Shown: positions 1 to 12,527 of the stretch, piece after piece
Layout: every line of letters begins with the position of its first letter
Numbering within the stretch: the stretch's first letter is position 1
Assembly: GCA_977020255.1 (NCBI GenBank)
Contig: CDROCS010000681.1
Location: 744,001-808,000, forward strand
From: Obrimoposthia wandeli
Taxonomy: Eukaryota
Length of the DNA: 64,000 nt
Direction: 5' to 3'
Made by a program: the position numbers and the translations under genes
The notes under the pieces: model-generated
Databases searched by the model: none
What the model was told of the DNA's origin: nothing
Seen by the model: the letters and a program-made list of their open reading frames with translations, nothing else

Positions 1-706
1 TTCAGAAAATATTTTTGAAAATATTTTTGATTAAACTAGACTTTCATTTAGATCTATATTGACCTAATGTGTTACTAGTCGCCGCCAGCACCAAGACTTT
101 ACAATTAAAATATTGACAAGATTGATAAATTTTGTGGTGAACATAAATTATTATATATATAATATCTTAAATTTTTTTCACATTACTATGAAGAAAATTG
201 ACTTCCAATTAGTTGGTGTACTTAATTCCTGTCATGCATGTTGTTCAAAATTATGGTTTTGTGAAGAAAATTATTCGAAAATAACTTCAATAAATTGTAT
301 TTCATCTATTAGATATTCTTTTGTATTTTTAAATCATCTTATTTTTATAAAATAAGACAAATTCCATACGAATACATATTGAGCCAGTTTTGGTAAGTAG
401 AACTGGCAATGTACGATAAATTTATTTGAAAAAATATTTAAAATCTTAGTTTTAAAAAATTATCAACTAAATTATCACCTGTAATTGAATTTATTGAAAA
501 AATGAAGAAAAAACAATTTGATTGACTACATGATGTAGAGCTCTATCAAAAATACACAATACATTTTTCACAACTCATTGAAATATCGTTCCTTTGAAGT
601 GTTTTTTCTGTGTCAGGTTTGTTTACATTTTACTCCATTACCCAGTTGTTCTTGAACAACTTCTAATTGCTTTGAGCATGTGTTCTTCAATTGTGTAATC
701 ATTGCC

Positions 707-890
707 TTAAGAAGGTATGCCATTTAGAGAATGAATAAGTGCAGCTACAGCTGTTTTAGCATCAGTTTTGACGGAAGTTTTAGCTACAGTCATACCCAAT
801 TTCTTCAAATTAAGGAAAGCTAGTTTACCAATTGATTGCAACCAACCCCTGTCATATTGCTTACTGAAAAAGTAGGGTGATTCTTCTCCT
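707..890 (-). pseudogene. Polinton core/virion protein remnant
   Basis: SPYFFSKQYDRGWLQSIGKLAFLNLKKLG aligns with LPYFVGKEYGSGWLKVLGRIVFPILSHLG of ORF 9353-9736. Confidence 0.65.
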
Positions 891-927
891 TACTGACTTC
901 TACTACACACATCAACCACATCTACGT

Positions 928-1390
928 CTATGTTCTAAAATGTTTAATAAGCCTTATTTTAGAATCGTCGACAATTTTAATTAGTTTACCACCATCATCT
1001 CTTCTATTAATTTATATAACTGTTTAATAAACAGTGTTATATGATGAAGAAACATGCGAATCCATTATATGATCGATTGGTACATGAATAATATCTCCAT
1101 ATTTATGCTTATCTTACTGCACCCAAATAGATTTAAACAATGGAACACGTATTCCAACCCTAAGTATAGGTTTTATTTAACTCGTATAAATATAAATTTC
1201 GTTAGATACATTGGAGTATTTTGTTTCATCACATAATTTTTGTTGGTGTTGTTTTTTTCTAAAGCATTATATGGAAATTTAATACTCATATAAACGGATT
1301 TATCCATAGTAATTTTTACAATTTTTGACCTTAATTTAAATACATTTAACTGACCTAACATAAAAAACCTTTCAAATACATTAGACATTT
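928..1390 (-). pseudogene. Polinton minor capsid (penton) C-terminal remnant
   Basis: LIEDDGGKLIKIVDDSKIRLIKHFRT* resembles the penton C-terminus (compare INIRNDSGIPINV...LTLHF at 9780-9860). It lies directly upstream of the core-protein remnant, the same order as in the main element. Confidence 0.45.
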
Positions 1391-1699
1391 TACTAGATTA
1401 ATGTATGTATAATGATTCAAGAATGGGAAATAAAGAATCCTTATCGAAGACATAATCAGTTGGTACATCTCTTTTGGACTTACAAAAATTCTTTACACTT
1501 TAAAACATGTAGATTTAAATATTTGTTGCAAGCCTTTACAATATGTATTTTGTTCTACATGCATATTCTATATAGGCATAACACTTTTGTATATATTTGA
1601 ATTTCTATGGTTTATACAAAAACACTATTGAATTTGATGTATACTGTCGTTTTATTTTTATGGAAATTGGGTTTCAAAATACGTTATTAATTACTAACC

Positions 1700-2095
1700 A
1701 CTTCTATATACTTCTACTTTTCATCATTTTAATATTTTAGATTTAATTTTATCTAAAATGAATGATTATCGAGAAGTATATACAGCACTTTTGCTAATTA
1801 TAATTATTGGTTTACATGTGTAAAATCTATAATATGTAATATGAGTGTCTTGGATACAATTTCAATTGATGGAATAACATTTGAAGCGTTTAAAAAGAAT
1901 TGTAATATAGTTACATTTGTTTTTGCGCCCGAAATTGACACTACTTAAGTACCAAAGAATAGTATATTAAAGCTTAAAATAAAGTTTTCTAAAGTTCTTA
2001 ATAAAGCTACATTTGTATAAGTTTGCGAAGTTTATGATTTTGAAGTACAAATTATAAATTAAAAACAGTGCTTGTTTGAAGTAAGTATTTTAATT
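1700..2095 (+). pseudogene. Polinton major capsid protein C-terminal remnant
   Basis: TFHHFNILDLIL, DYREVYTALL and DGITFEAFKKNCNIVTFVFAPEIDTT*VPKNSILKLKIKFSKVL resemble the C-terminal half of Polinton double-jelly-roll MCPs. Several stops. Confidence 0.5.
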
Positions 2096-2129
2096 AATTT
2101 GTTTTACTAATTAGTACTTAAGAAATTCT

Positions 2130-2400
2130 GAAATCAGGTAAAATTTGCTCGGAAATGAATTGGTTGGAGTTTCATCCCTTGTTACAATACCAGCTCTACA
2201 TGCTGGTGGCTATTTTTTAAACACTCACACTAGTAATATATCAGGTGAACATTAAATTTCAATTTATGTTGTCTGATAGATAAAACCAAATCTTTAAGCC
2301 GCTGGGTTTTTATTATCCTTCAAATCTGGTTTCTACATATTCTAGTCAAAGTTGTCGAGAGCATTACAATATGTACAAGTGTCCAAACCCTCTAACTAAT
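2130..2400 (+). pseudogene. Adenain-like cysteine protease remnant
   Basis: YFLNTHTSNISGEH*ISIYV matches the N-T-x5-G-x-H-W motif with W mutated to a stop. YSSQSCREH matches the catalytic-Cys region. Follows the MCP remnant. Confidence 0.55.
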
Positions 2401-2622
2401 AATTGTAGTTTTATATGTTTGTTATGGTTGGAAATACAAATTTTATAAACAAACCGCCTTTGAAATTTTTAAAATGAATTTGTGTACTATTGAATTTTTT
2501 TTCAAAAATTAGGGCTTCAAACATAACTTAAGTTTGTTAGGAAGCACATGTTTAATTCTACAGAAGATTTAATAATCACTATAAACAAATTTATTGAAAC
2601 TCCCAAACATCTTCTTGATTAA

Positions 2623-2893
2623 ATGGAGTTTATTGATTTCGAATTTTATGTAAAATGCTCATGATGCTCATGATTTAATTATTAAGGAATTATGTATATT
2701 AAATGTGGAAGATATTTTGAAACCTCATCATTTTATATTGAAATCTCCATGTATGTGGATTGATTTAGAAGACTGTGCTTGGGAGAGAAATCGTCATCAT
2801 ACAAATTATTGTCATAAATTAAGTTGGAATGAAGGAAATAACTTGATAACAATCATTGGAAATATAGGAAATATTTGGTATGTATTAAATTAA
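2623..2893 (+). pseudogene. DEDD-exonuclease-like Polinton accessory gene remnant
   Basis: MEFIDFEFY, then after a frameshift IIKELCILNVEDILKPHHFILKSPCMW...HKLSWNEG. DxE followed by IKEL and W-x-x-G resembles exonuclease-like genes recalled from animal Polintons. Confidence 0.4.
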
Positions 2894-5800
2894 ATTTTTT
2901 TTTCCAATTGAAAGTTTGCAGTGTTTAACATGCAATTGTTTGTAAATATTTCTTTAACTACCTGGATTTGTTTATAAAGCTGAGCTATTGAACTATAATG
3001 GTAACTAACATTGTAAGTGCAAACATGCTTGGAAAAAATATTCATATAGGAAATTGCCAACAACCTAATTGTGAAATTATTACTTTAAAAAAAATATAAG
3101 TATGGCACTCAAAATGAGATCGAGAAATGCCCTCATAAAAAACAGAAAATGCTGAGAAATAATGGTATTTGACAATTATAAAACTAGATTTTATACTGTG
3201 GCCTCGGTAATCAGTAAATATTAAGTTACAAATCAGTGAATTGATTTAATTCCCTGCAAATTCCATGATATAACCAATGTTTAAACTTCGAACTGGTGGT
3301 ATTTGGTAAAGTTAACATGAATTTACTACTGAGACCTAGTTGGTGGTTTAGAATTGAACCTGAGTGAAACGGCGTTTTTACTGGGTTTGTTCCTGTGTGC
3401 TTTTCTAGTGTCAGGGTCTTGTAATATCACCATGCTGTGATCCAGGTGGATTCCTTCACGGTGTTTTTAACTATCTTAACTTTGTGAATACAGTTTCTAT
3501 ATTGTTTAAAATTGATTTTTATATTTTAAAGTTTATCGAACTTTCAACTGTTTTCTAGTATCCACGATTAAAATTTTGTTTCAGTATTTAACAATATTAT
3601 TATTATTTCAATAAATATTTGAATTTTGATCATTTATGTATATTACTGATAGCACTAAGTAATTTAGATTTTGCTAGAATAATTAAATATTTTATTTTAA
3701 ATGTAAAACAACGATATAGCACTTCATAACTAAAGCTAATTTTATTTGAACTTTATTTGTTTCACTTGAAAAGAAAGACGTTTAAAGTAAAATTGATGAT
3801 CTAGTTGAAGTTGTGAAACAATTAAAACTTCAACTAAAATATAAGTGACTCTTTCTCTCCCAACAAGAAAAGTAAGTAGCAACTTCAAAGTGCAGGAAAT
3901 GTTTTAAAAAGTTATTGTCTTGATTTATGACGTTCACTCGATATATAAGTTAATGCTCCTTATTAGTGTCAGTCGGGCTTCAACAGCTAAAATAGATTTA
4001 TGTTATAAGAATGAATGAATGCCTTGCAGTCTAATTTTGCTTTAGAAAATGATAAATTAAAGTAATTATATATTTAACTATATATTTTTAAATTGTTAAT
4101 ATTTTCAGTACTTGTTTACATAAGATAATGTTTTGAAAGTAAACGGATTGTAAACTTATATTTACTTTTCTGAAAGATTTAATCAAAAAGATTATAAATA
4201 GTTATTGACACATGATTCTAATATGATAGAGAAAATTGTAGTAATTTGATTTAAAATATTTATTATTATATTTTCTGCATAAATTTAATACATAAAGGCA
4301 ATACGCTCATTTTCAGATTATTATGTAAAATAAATTTAGTCAAGACTTGTAAAATGCCATATTTTTCCTTGTATAAACCCCTAGCTACTTCTTTCAAAAC
4401 TCAATGGGTTTTCGTAGAATCAATTTTAAACTTTCCACATATTTGCACTAGTAAAACTCTGCTTCCCCTATCCAACGTTGATGGCCAAATCTATACTTCT
4501 TATGGTTGCTGGTCAGGGTAGCGGTCGCTTGTTTATCTCCCTTGACTACGTTCTTGTCTAGCAGTAATTTTCAGAATGTACGACACGTTGACAGGTATTT
4601 AGTAGTAATGTCAAACCATGAATGTAATTAAACATTTGTTAAATATATTACTGATTATGTAGTATAAATCATAATACTTACAGTTTTGTTTATGAAAATT
4701 GCAATTTTCGTATAATATTTAAAAGAAATTAAATATTTTATCACTTAAATATGTTTTAATTAGTAAAATAATTATTACTAATGATTTTCATTAAAATGAT
4801 TACAACAGATTAACTATTTGTATTATATTAAATTTTTCAAACTTTTTGTCATATTTTATATAAAATTTTGTTTTGAAATTTTCAACCCCATACATAACCC
4901 CAATCAGTTTAAAATTGCAAATTTACTTTTTATCGAACAGTCTTATAACCAAAGAAATGCAGTAAATGAAATAGTTCATTTTGTATTTTAATTCTTAGAA
5001 AACTTTGAAATTTGAGAATCTGGATAATACAAACTAGATTATATCCGAATACTTCAAATATTGTTCAAATACTCCAATTTTTAAGGTAGTAACATTAATA
5101 ATAATGAATAGTTTGAGTTACAGGTTTTCAGTTTACTCCCTAGATTTTTAAAATACTATTTTTTACATATTTTACAACTTCACATGATTTTATGACTTAC
5201 AATATATTTTTCATTGAAAACGTTTTAAAATTACAATTAAACACCTGACTAAGAAAAACGGTTTGCAAATTCAAAATTAAAAGAATCTGTTCTGAGAATC
5301 CCTATTAAAAATCGATGCATATATAAATAATTAATCAAAACTGTTTGAGTATGAATTTTAAAATATGAACAATCATAAAAAATAAATAATTATATTTTAA
5401 AGTCCTTCTTAATTGAAATTTGACTTTTTTGACTTGAAAAGTCGTAAAATTTAAGAATTCGATATAAAAATTTTTCTAAAAGGAAAACAATTTTATGGAT
5501 TTATTTTTATATAAAATGGCTATAAAATGCTTTATTTGAAATAAATACAGCTTATAGAAATATAATTGGTCATTCAAAAACTAGTTATTAGGCTAAACCT
5601 TATAAATATATTTAATATTACTCATTAATACTGTGTTATTACACAGCGTTACAATACGTATCGAGACAATTTATTATTTTTTAAATATTTATATATATTT
5701 GAAATCCAAAATGTTAAAATGTCAAATATTTTAATATTAAATAATCTAATAATTACATTATGAAGCAATATCTGTTTTACAAAAACTGTGAAATTTATAC

Positions 5801-7130
5801 TATTAACTAATAGTTTTTTTAAATACGCTATATTCCTTTTTGATATTAAAACTAAACATTAATTTGGTGAACAAAGAATATAAAATTAGTCAAGAGTAGA
5901 TTTTTAAAGTTACTTATTTAAAATTGTTTTTTGTCGGATAAAACAATTGAGAGAATGTAACGTTAGAACTACTCAACGTTTATTATAACTGGAATATATA
6001 TAGATTTGTATTGACAATGATATAATCCCAAAATTTTATTAAAGTGACTTTTTTATATGTCTTAATCGGTGATTTTCTTAGAATTGTCTCATCAATATGG
6101 CTGAAGTAGCAAACATATCTAATTCATTTTATTAGTGAACATGGAAATTAAAATAAATATAAGTTATAACATTACATCAACTTGTTAATACTTATTTGGT
6201 TGACATTTTTTACATGGAAAATCATAAAATCGAAATAATATTATAATTCTTATTTTTATAAATTTGAAAATCTAAATAGAACATAAATATCTGATTTTAA
6301 ATAAAGTTTTTAATTTATTAAAAAGTACATTTTATTTGAAATAATATTACAAATTTCAAGTTTTAATTTTTGATAATTGAAATTGTGAAAAATCGAAGTT
6401 ATGGAATTCAAAAAATTAAAATAATGATTAATTTTATATTTTCGATGATTTAAATTTCACCAAAAATCATAAACATAAATTATATTTTCTTCCCAAAAAT
6501 TATTATAAGTATGCGTAAATTTACACATGATAATAGTAACATTTCCTTAAAGTAATTTTCACTTTAATAATGAAAGATATTTTTATTCCTGATGCTATTT
6601 TTTATTTTAGATTATATATATTTCAACTTAATTTTAATATTCTTTTCTAGTTGTAAATAAAATAAAGGAAAAACTATTTATTATAAGAACCACATATTTA
6701 GACAAGATAGTTTTCAAATAAAAGCCATCATTGATTCACAGTGTTTCATTTTACTCAATCTTTTAAACATTATTTGCATAGAAAGAAATGTATACTAAGA
6801 AAAATCATAACATTTATGATGACAACAAAGCTTCCCATTACAGCACAGTTTCCAAACTGTGTGAATGACACAAATAACGATCGGAACTACATTTTTGTGA
6901 CTATACACAAATATTCTCACTCATATTGTCAATAATTCATGTTGCAAAGCATCTTAATTAATTTACAGTATATATGTTTGATTAACACAAAAGAACACAT
7001 GTAGTAACCAATGAACAAGTTTCCAGGATTCCAACACAAGCCATAATTTCTTCAAAACAATTTGTTCCTATATAAAAAGCCTGGGATACTCCTTGAAAGA
7101 TAGTAAAAGATCTACCACTTTTATATTTGT

Positions 7131-7980
7131 GTTGGGGTTTTCTTTATAATTCTCATATGGAGACCCCAAATGTGAGTTCTAGGGCTTACAGATAGATGTG
7201 CCCAACCTATCCAAGTCTCTGAAGGTTTTTGTGTTGTGTTTAAGAGTCTGTGTTCGGATAACGTGGAATTCCCTAAAACTATTGTTGTATTGTGTGGGCT
7301 GATTTAATAAGCCGATAAGTCCGAATTTGATTTTACTTTCAAAAATGATCCGTGCTTAATTTTAAAAATAGCAAATATCGCCTTTAAATACCCATTCAGT
7401 ATCCACACTGGCTGCTGATATTACTGATGTGGTGGTTAAATCCCGAGGCTGAATGTCCATAACCACAGATGAGACCGGCGCACTGCGATGCGCAATGTGC
7501 CCGCTCACTGAAACTGTCAGCGGATGAATTGTGACTTTCTATCGCTGTCAGCATTTTAACTCTGCGGAAAACAACAATCAACTCGGCCCTCACGATAATT
7601 ACCTCAGTTCAGATGCGTACATAGATGCGTATCATCGTTTATGAAGCAGGATATGTCGCAGTCGCTGAGCAGCTACGATTTCTGCACTTATAAAATTCAA
7701 AATTATGTAAAATTCAGCGACTTAAGACTTATTTTCTTTTTACGTCTTCTACTTCGTCGGTTATATCTTCAGCTTAATCTTCCATGGCCTTTTTTTACAT
7801 TTTTCTTCTTTACATATAAACCTTCAAGGTCTCAAATAAATTAGTTTTTTAATTAAAATTTATTTTAATTTTGTAAAATTTATTATATTTGCTGAGAGGT
7901 TATTCCTTGCCTATATTTATATTTATTTTATTATATATTTTAAACTTTCCTATTCTAACATTTGTATGTTATTGGACAGT
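7131..7980 (-). mobile_element. Non-coding dispersed element, short member of the three-way-junction family
   Basis: 7131-7330 aligns with 43086-43320. The GC-rich middle shares GCGCAT..CAGTGCGCCG and CCTCGGGATT with 43950-44040. The far end shares GACCTTGAAGGT and AATGTTAG motifs with the 24.3 and 63.5 kb copies. Confidence 0.6.
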
Positions 7981-8070
7981 GCAAACATTTTTTCTGAGAA
8001 AAATAAAACATACTTGAAGTTCATTTTGAGGTAGTAACAAATTTCTTAAATTTTGTTCCCAAGGCTTAGC

Positions 8071-8363
8071 AGTAGTATATAGTGTGGTACTAATTCAAAG
8101 CGACAAAGCTCACCCAGTTTGGGCTCTGCCGTTTAGAATTAGTCCCAACACTATAGTGGCTTAAAAAGTCTGTATATATTCATTTTTAGACAGAATGTCG
8201 TTAAAATGTTTAAAAATTGTTTAAATTGGCTTAAAATGACTTAAAATGACTCAAATTTCTACCTTTTACTGCAAAATCTATTTGAGTTTGTATGTGGGAT
8301 TTCTGATCTTGGCCAAAAAGTCCCGAAATCGAGCATACTAACTCAAGGCAATAGGTACCCCTT
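8071..8363 (+). repeat. Left terminal inverted repeat of the Polinton
   Basis: Aligns with the reverse complement of ~19850-19989 and with 13902-14170. Homology ends where the MCP frame is cut off. Confidence 0.9.
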
Positions 8364-8364
8364 A

Positions 8365-9349
8365 ACCAGTGATTGAATATACACAAACATGTATTCATCT
8401 TTTTCAAAGTTTGTATCGTACGTTTCAACAAAATCAGTGTTTATACTAAGGGAAATTGAACCGACATTACAATGATCAAATTCTGAAGTGTCTGTTTCAC
8501 TAGACCCGTCCATTTTAAGATTATGTTGAAATGTAACCAAACAAATTTAGGTAATTGCTCATCATCAATAATAGGTGATTTATAAAATGTTGTAGAGCCT
8601 TTAGGTAGTGAATAATGTACCACTTTTCCCGTCTATATGGATAAACCGCATTTTGAGTTTCCAAACCAACATTATGAGCCATCAAAACTGATAGTTCAAC
8701 TCGTACACGTCTAACTTTTATTTTAGCATCTAAAAATTTTATTCTACAATGAGTTGTACCTGTTTTTTAGTGACATGTTTGCATTGTAAATAATCAATTT
8801 TATACCGACATTCATATCGGGAAGCAGATATTTGGGTTGTTCAAGAAAATCCGATCGAATTGAACCGCACAACTCAAATTCACTAGATTTTTCAATCCAC
8901 CCTTTTCGTACATTCTCATTACTATCATAACCAATTCCATTTAATGAAACACATTTTGTATCTTTGCTATAATTAAGCATACATTCAATCAAAGCCTTGT
9001 GAGCATAATTACCATTTCCTCCTTCAATACGAGTATTATTCAGGTGAATTTGCACATCTTTAAATAGTGTATGGAAAAAGAAATTTGTTGGTATAAATTT
9101 ATCTGCTTCCACCATATCAATATAACTGTTTTTTCCAATATTTTTTATAACTTTAATTTTCAAATAAAATAGAGAATCATTCAAATCTAAATATTCTGTT
9201 TCACTCAAATAGATATTAAACTCGATTGTATTAATATTACTACCGGTAATATTATTAACCGGGTAAATATTCTCAAAACATCCATTTTCTATAGCAATTT
9301 GAGGTAGTATACGATCAAATAAACACAGTTCAGATTTTGCACATGCCAT
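8365..9349 (-). pseudogene. Polinton major capsid protein, frameshifted and 3'-truncated
   Basis: MACAKSELCLF...IYPV...IEFNI...YLDLNDS is a typical animal Polinton MCP N-terminus. It continues through frameshifts (RIKFLDAKIKVRRVRV...AVYPYRR; LPKGS...QLPKFV; FDHCNVGSISL...YMFVY) and then abuts the left TIR. Confidence 0.88.
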
Positions 9350-9352
9350 TTC

Positions 9353-9736
9353 TTACTCAAATATGGTTCCTATTTTTCTACGTTTGTTTATACTACCTCT
9401 ATCTTTCTGTACTTCTTCTTTCATTTCAACAGGAATTTGTGCTGGTCGTTTTCGACTTTTCTTTATTGCAGTCATTAGTTGAGTAGCAGCTTTTGTTGCT
9501 TCAGGCAATAACCCTGGTACCTCACTAATTGCATTTGATTTTAGTTCACTCAAAATTGGTTTATCGTTCATTACTACATTTGTAAGTGTTTTTGCACCAA
9601 TTCGTCCTAAATGTGATAGTATAGGAAACACAATTCGCCCCAAAACTTTCAACCAACCTGAACCATATTCTTTTCCAACAAAGTAAGGTAGGTTACCACC
9701 CGTTTGGGTTGTACTATACACATAAAATAGATACAT
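9353..9736 (-). CDS. Putative virion core protein
   Basis: Intact 127-aa ORF with QTGG...YGSGWLKVLGRIVFP motif and a basic C-terminus, between the penton and MCP genes. Confidence 0.6.
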   Translation of the reverse strand: MYLFYVYSTTQTGGNLPYFVGKEYGSGWLKVLGRIVFPILSHLGRIGAKTLTNVVMNDKPILSELKSNAISEVPGLLPEATKAATQLMTAIKKSRKRPAQIPVEMKEEVQKDRGSINKRRKIGTIFE

Positions 9737-9779
9737 TATTAACGATTAACATTGTTTAATTTTGTTTATACATAACTTT

Positions 9780-10820
9780 TCAGAAATGTAGTGTTAAACT
9801 AGTTTCTGCGTTATGAGCAACGTTTATCGGTATTCCACTATCATTACGAATATTTATTTCAATATTGGAAATATATGTTGATATTACAGGAAGATACATT
9901 GATCTAATGATTGTAATATTTGCGGTATCACCATAATTTTTGTTTTTATCTATCCAAATTGATTTTAACAATGGTATTTTTACACCATCAATATTTATAG
10001 ACTAAAATGGTATACATGTACATGTGATCAAACTCACATATAAATTGAGGAATACCTTTACCGTCACCTGTAAATTCTGTTTTATTAATACCCAGTACAA
10101 ATGCCATACGAGTATTAAACATTATAATTGAAATATTAGATTTTATATGATTTAATTTAGATATAACGTATTTAACTAATGCATTCAAATCTGTACTATT
10201 GGAATCGTTGTCAAACACGATTTTTGAATTGATATTTTTCTCTCCTAATTGATAATATTCAAATGTTGTTGATACATATTTATGATGTATGGTTTTTTGC
10301 GCAGTTAAAATACCATTATCATCAGATGCTAAGTAATTTTCAGGGTTTAATTGATTATTTAGGAAACCCAATTGATTTTTCGATTATTTCGATAGTTTTA
10401 TATAGAATTTCTGTTTATTTACAGATTTTATAAGAAGTACATTTTCTATTTTTTCTTCACCATATGTATCAAACTCACAATAAAGATTAGCATTGCGTTT
10501 TGATGATTTTATTTCTACTTTTGAAATTTTCTTTATATTAAATTTAACAGGTTTCTGCTTATGAATTTCCTCATCTTTAAATTCAACATTTTATGAGACA
10601 GTATCGGTTTTCTTAACACTAACCGTTTCCTTATAATTTATTTCACCACCCTTGTGTAAAATAACGGGTGTATTACTATAAGTAAATTCTGTCAATGCAA
10701 CTTCCCATTCACTTTGAATTTATATCGGATTTTCCCAATCAACAATAAATTTCGATGCGGTATTATCAGGTTAAGTGTTTGGACAACTATTAGATGGTAA
10801 CACAATATAGAAATCTTTTA
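9780..10820 (-). pseudogene. Polinton minor capsid (penton) protein
   Basis: N-terminus DFYIVLPSNSCPNT*PDNTASKFIVDWENPI*IQSEWEVALTEFTY and C-terminus MYLPV...IEINIRNDSGIPI...LTLHF match penton-type motifs. Multiple stops and frameshifts. Confidence 0.8.
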
Positions 10821-11823
10821 CTCTATCTGGTTCGCTTTTATCCATGTTGGTGTTTTATACCCATGCCACTTTACGTAATATTGTTTATTCTTACCTCGAC
10901 CTTTAGATTTAATGAATTCTTGTATCCTATATACTTTTGGTTTATCAATAACTTGTAATTCTTGCTCATAAAACTTTCCCTCTATCGGACTTTTATCCAC
11001 ATCTATGATGTTATACATTACGGGGTTTGCATGTAAATTGATTTTTGCTATTTCAAATACTTCATCACTCCAATTATTATTTTTAGTAAAAGGTGTTGTA
11101 CTTAGGCGTAATATGCAAACAAAATCTCCAACTTTGTATTTAGGTTTCTTTATTATTGATTTTCTATTACGAGAAAACCAATCATCAGATGAAATATCAA
11201 TATGTTTCTTACCACCTAAACCGCGATGTGGTGAGGGATTATATGAAATTAACAGTTTAGGTAGTACCTTTACCCATTTTTTTGATCCAAATACAACAAA
11301 ATGTTTCTTTAATTTATCTCTTAATGTCCTATTAAATCGTTCAACCAAGGCCGCTTTAAAGTGTGAAAACACAGAGTAATGATTTACTCCTAATTTATCA
11401 AAGGTTGCTTTAACATGTTTGTTATAAAACTCTTTTCCAGCATATGTTTGTACATTATCAGGTACAACATCAATCATATTTTTGATAGCAGCATCTATAT
11501 CTTTACCGAATTTTGATTTTACTGGTTCAGCACGCCCAACTCTGGTAAATACATCAATACATGTTAATATATATTTGTAACCGCTATTTATACGCGCATA
11601 AGGTATTATTTCCATCAAATCCATTTGCCATAAATTATTAGGGCCACTAGTCTTGTACGATCGTGTCGGGAACCTTTTTCGCATCATATTTGTTGAGACT
11701 GTACGACAGTTGATTGCTCAGCCATGCTTGAGTTTTCTTTTGGCTCGACTTGGTATTTGATGATAGAGATCCAACGCCGCTGTATCCAACTGGGTATTTG
11801 GGATCGTACCATATCGTTTCCAT
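10818..11823 (-). pseudogene. RVE-family integrase with C-terminal chromodomain
   Basis: N-terminus METIWYDPKYPVGYSG...AWLSNQLSYSLNK joins by frameshift to ORF 10818-11687 (WQMDL, QTYAGKEF, VERFNRTL; chromodomain YYVKWHGY). The second catalytic Asp position reads Tyr. Confidence 0.92.
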
Positions 11824-11874
11824 TGCAACTATTTATTTTTAAATCAAAATTAGGTAAGTTGTTTCCCATATACT

Positions 11875-12195
11875 TTAGGCAACAGCTCTAGCAAGTAGGG
11901 GACCGATTAAAGTTGCAACTATCGGTAAAAGAGCACCAATAAATCCTCCTTTTTGACGTAATACTATTTTCCTTCGACCAGAACCACTTTTTGTATTAAC
12001 AATATCAAGTAATACTTTCTTGTGTTTTGTAACTTTCAGCTTATGTTTACCGAGATTTATTTTTCCTTTAACTATATTAAACATAATTTTAGCCAATTTA
12101 TCGATAACAAAAGGCTGAAATGAATTGAGAATTCGAGCTCTATGTGAACTAGGTGCCTTTAAAAGCGTTTGAAAGTAAGGTAAAAAGTTTTTCAT
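11875..12195 (-). CDS. Small basic virion protein with C-terminal QKGGFIGALLP amphipathic motif
   Basis: Intact 106-aa ORF. The RRKIVLRQKGGFIGALLPIV motif is typical of small core or membrane-active proteins of animal Polintons. Confidence 0.65.
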   Translation of the reverse strand: MKNFLPYFQTLLKAPSSHRARILNSFQPFVIDKLAKIMFNIVKGKINLGKHKLKVTKHKKVLLDIVNTKSGSGRRKIVLRQKGGFIGALLPIVATLIGPLLARAVA

Positions 12196-12284
12196 TATTA
12201 TTTAAACTGAAAGTACATATATTGTTTATAGTCTTATTGAGAAAATGGATAAAAACCTTCTTTTTTGTTTTCCCTTTTTATCAA

Positions 12285-12515
12285 TTACAATTCAATTCTT
12301 TGTCTTTTTAACACATTTTTAACACACTTCTTCTTCTTTTTCTTTTTAGCACGTTTTTTTGTCGGTTTTGTCTTCTTTTTAAAAATGCGATCAGCATTTT
12401 GCCTTTCTTTCAAAACCGTTTTTATCAATTTCTTTACTCGATTAGCTTTGATATCATCACCAGGTTTCCAATTTGTATCAACATAATTAGGTATTTCTAT
12501 TTTTTCGAAATTCAT
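12285..12515 (-). CDS. Lys/Arg-rich small protein, unknown function
   Basis: 76-aa ORF starting 13 nt after the ATPase stop, co-oriented with the structural genes. Confidence 0.4.
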   Translation of the reverse strand: MNFEKIEIPNYVDTNWKPGDDIKANRVKKLIKTVLKERQNADRIFKKKTKPTKKRAKKKKKKKCVKNVLKRQRIEL

Positions 12516-12527
12516 TTTAAAGGAATA

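Larger units (their letters stand above)
707..2893. mobile_element. Heavily decayed Polinton/adintovirus-like relic (different family from the 8-20 kb element)
   Basis: Manual translation gives remnants of five Polinton-type genes: core protein and penton C-terminus on the minus strand; MCP C-terminus, adenain-like protease and DEDD-exonuclease-like ORF on the plus strand. No termini recognised. Confidence 0.65.

Noticed and set aside
6700-7120. Possible LRR-GPCR-like relic (VLKKLWLV..GNLF), perhaps linked to Leu/Asn-rich ORF 20300-20509
   Set aside because: Needs many frameshifts, and the similarity is too weak to support.
11005-11379. 124-aa plus-strand ORF
   Set aside because: Antisense shadow of the integrase.
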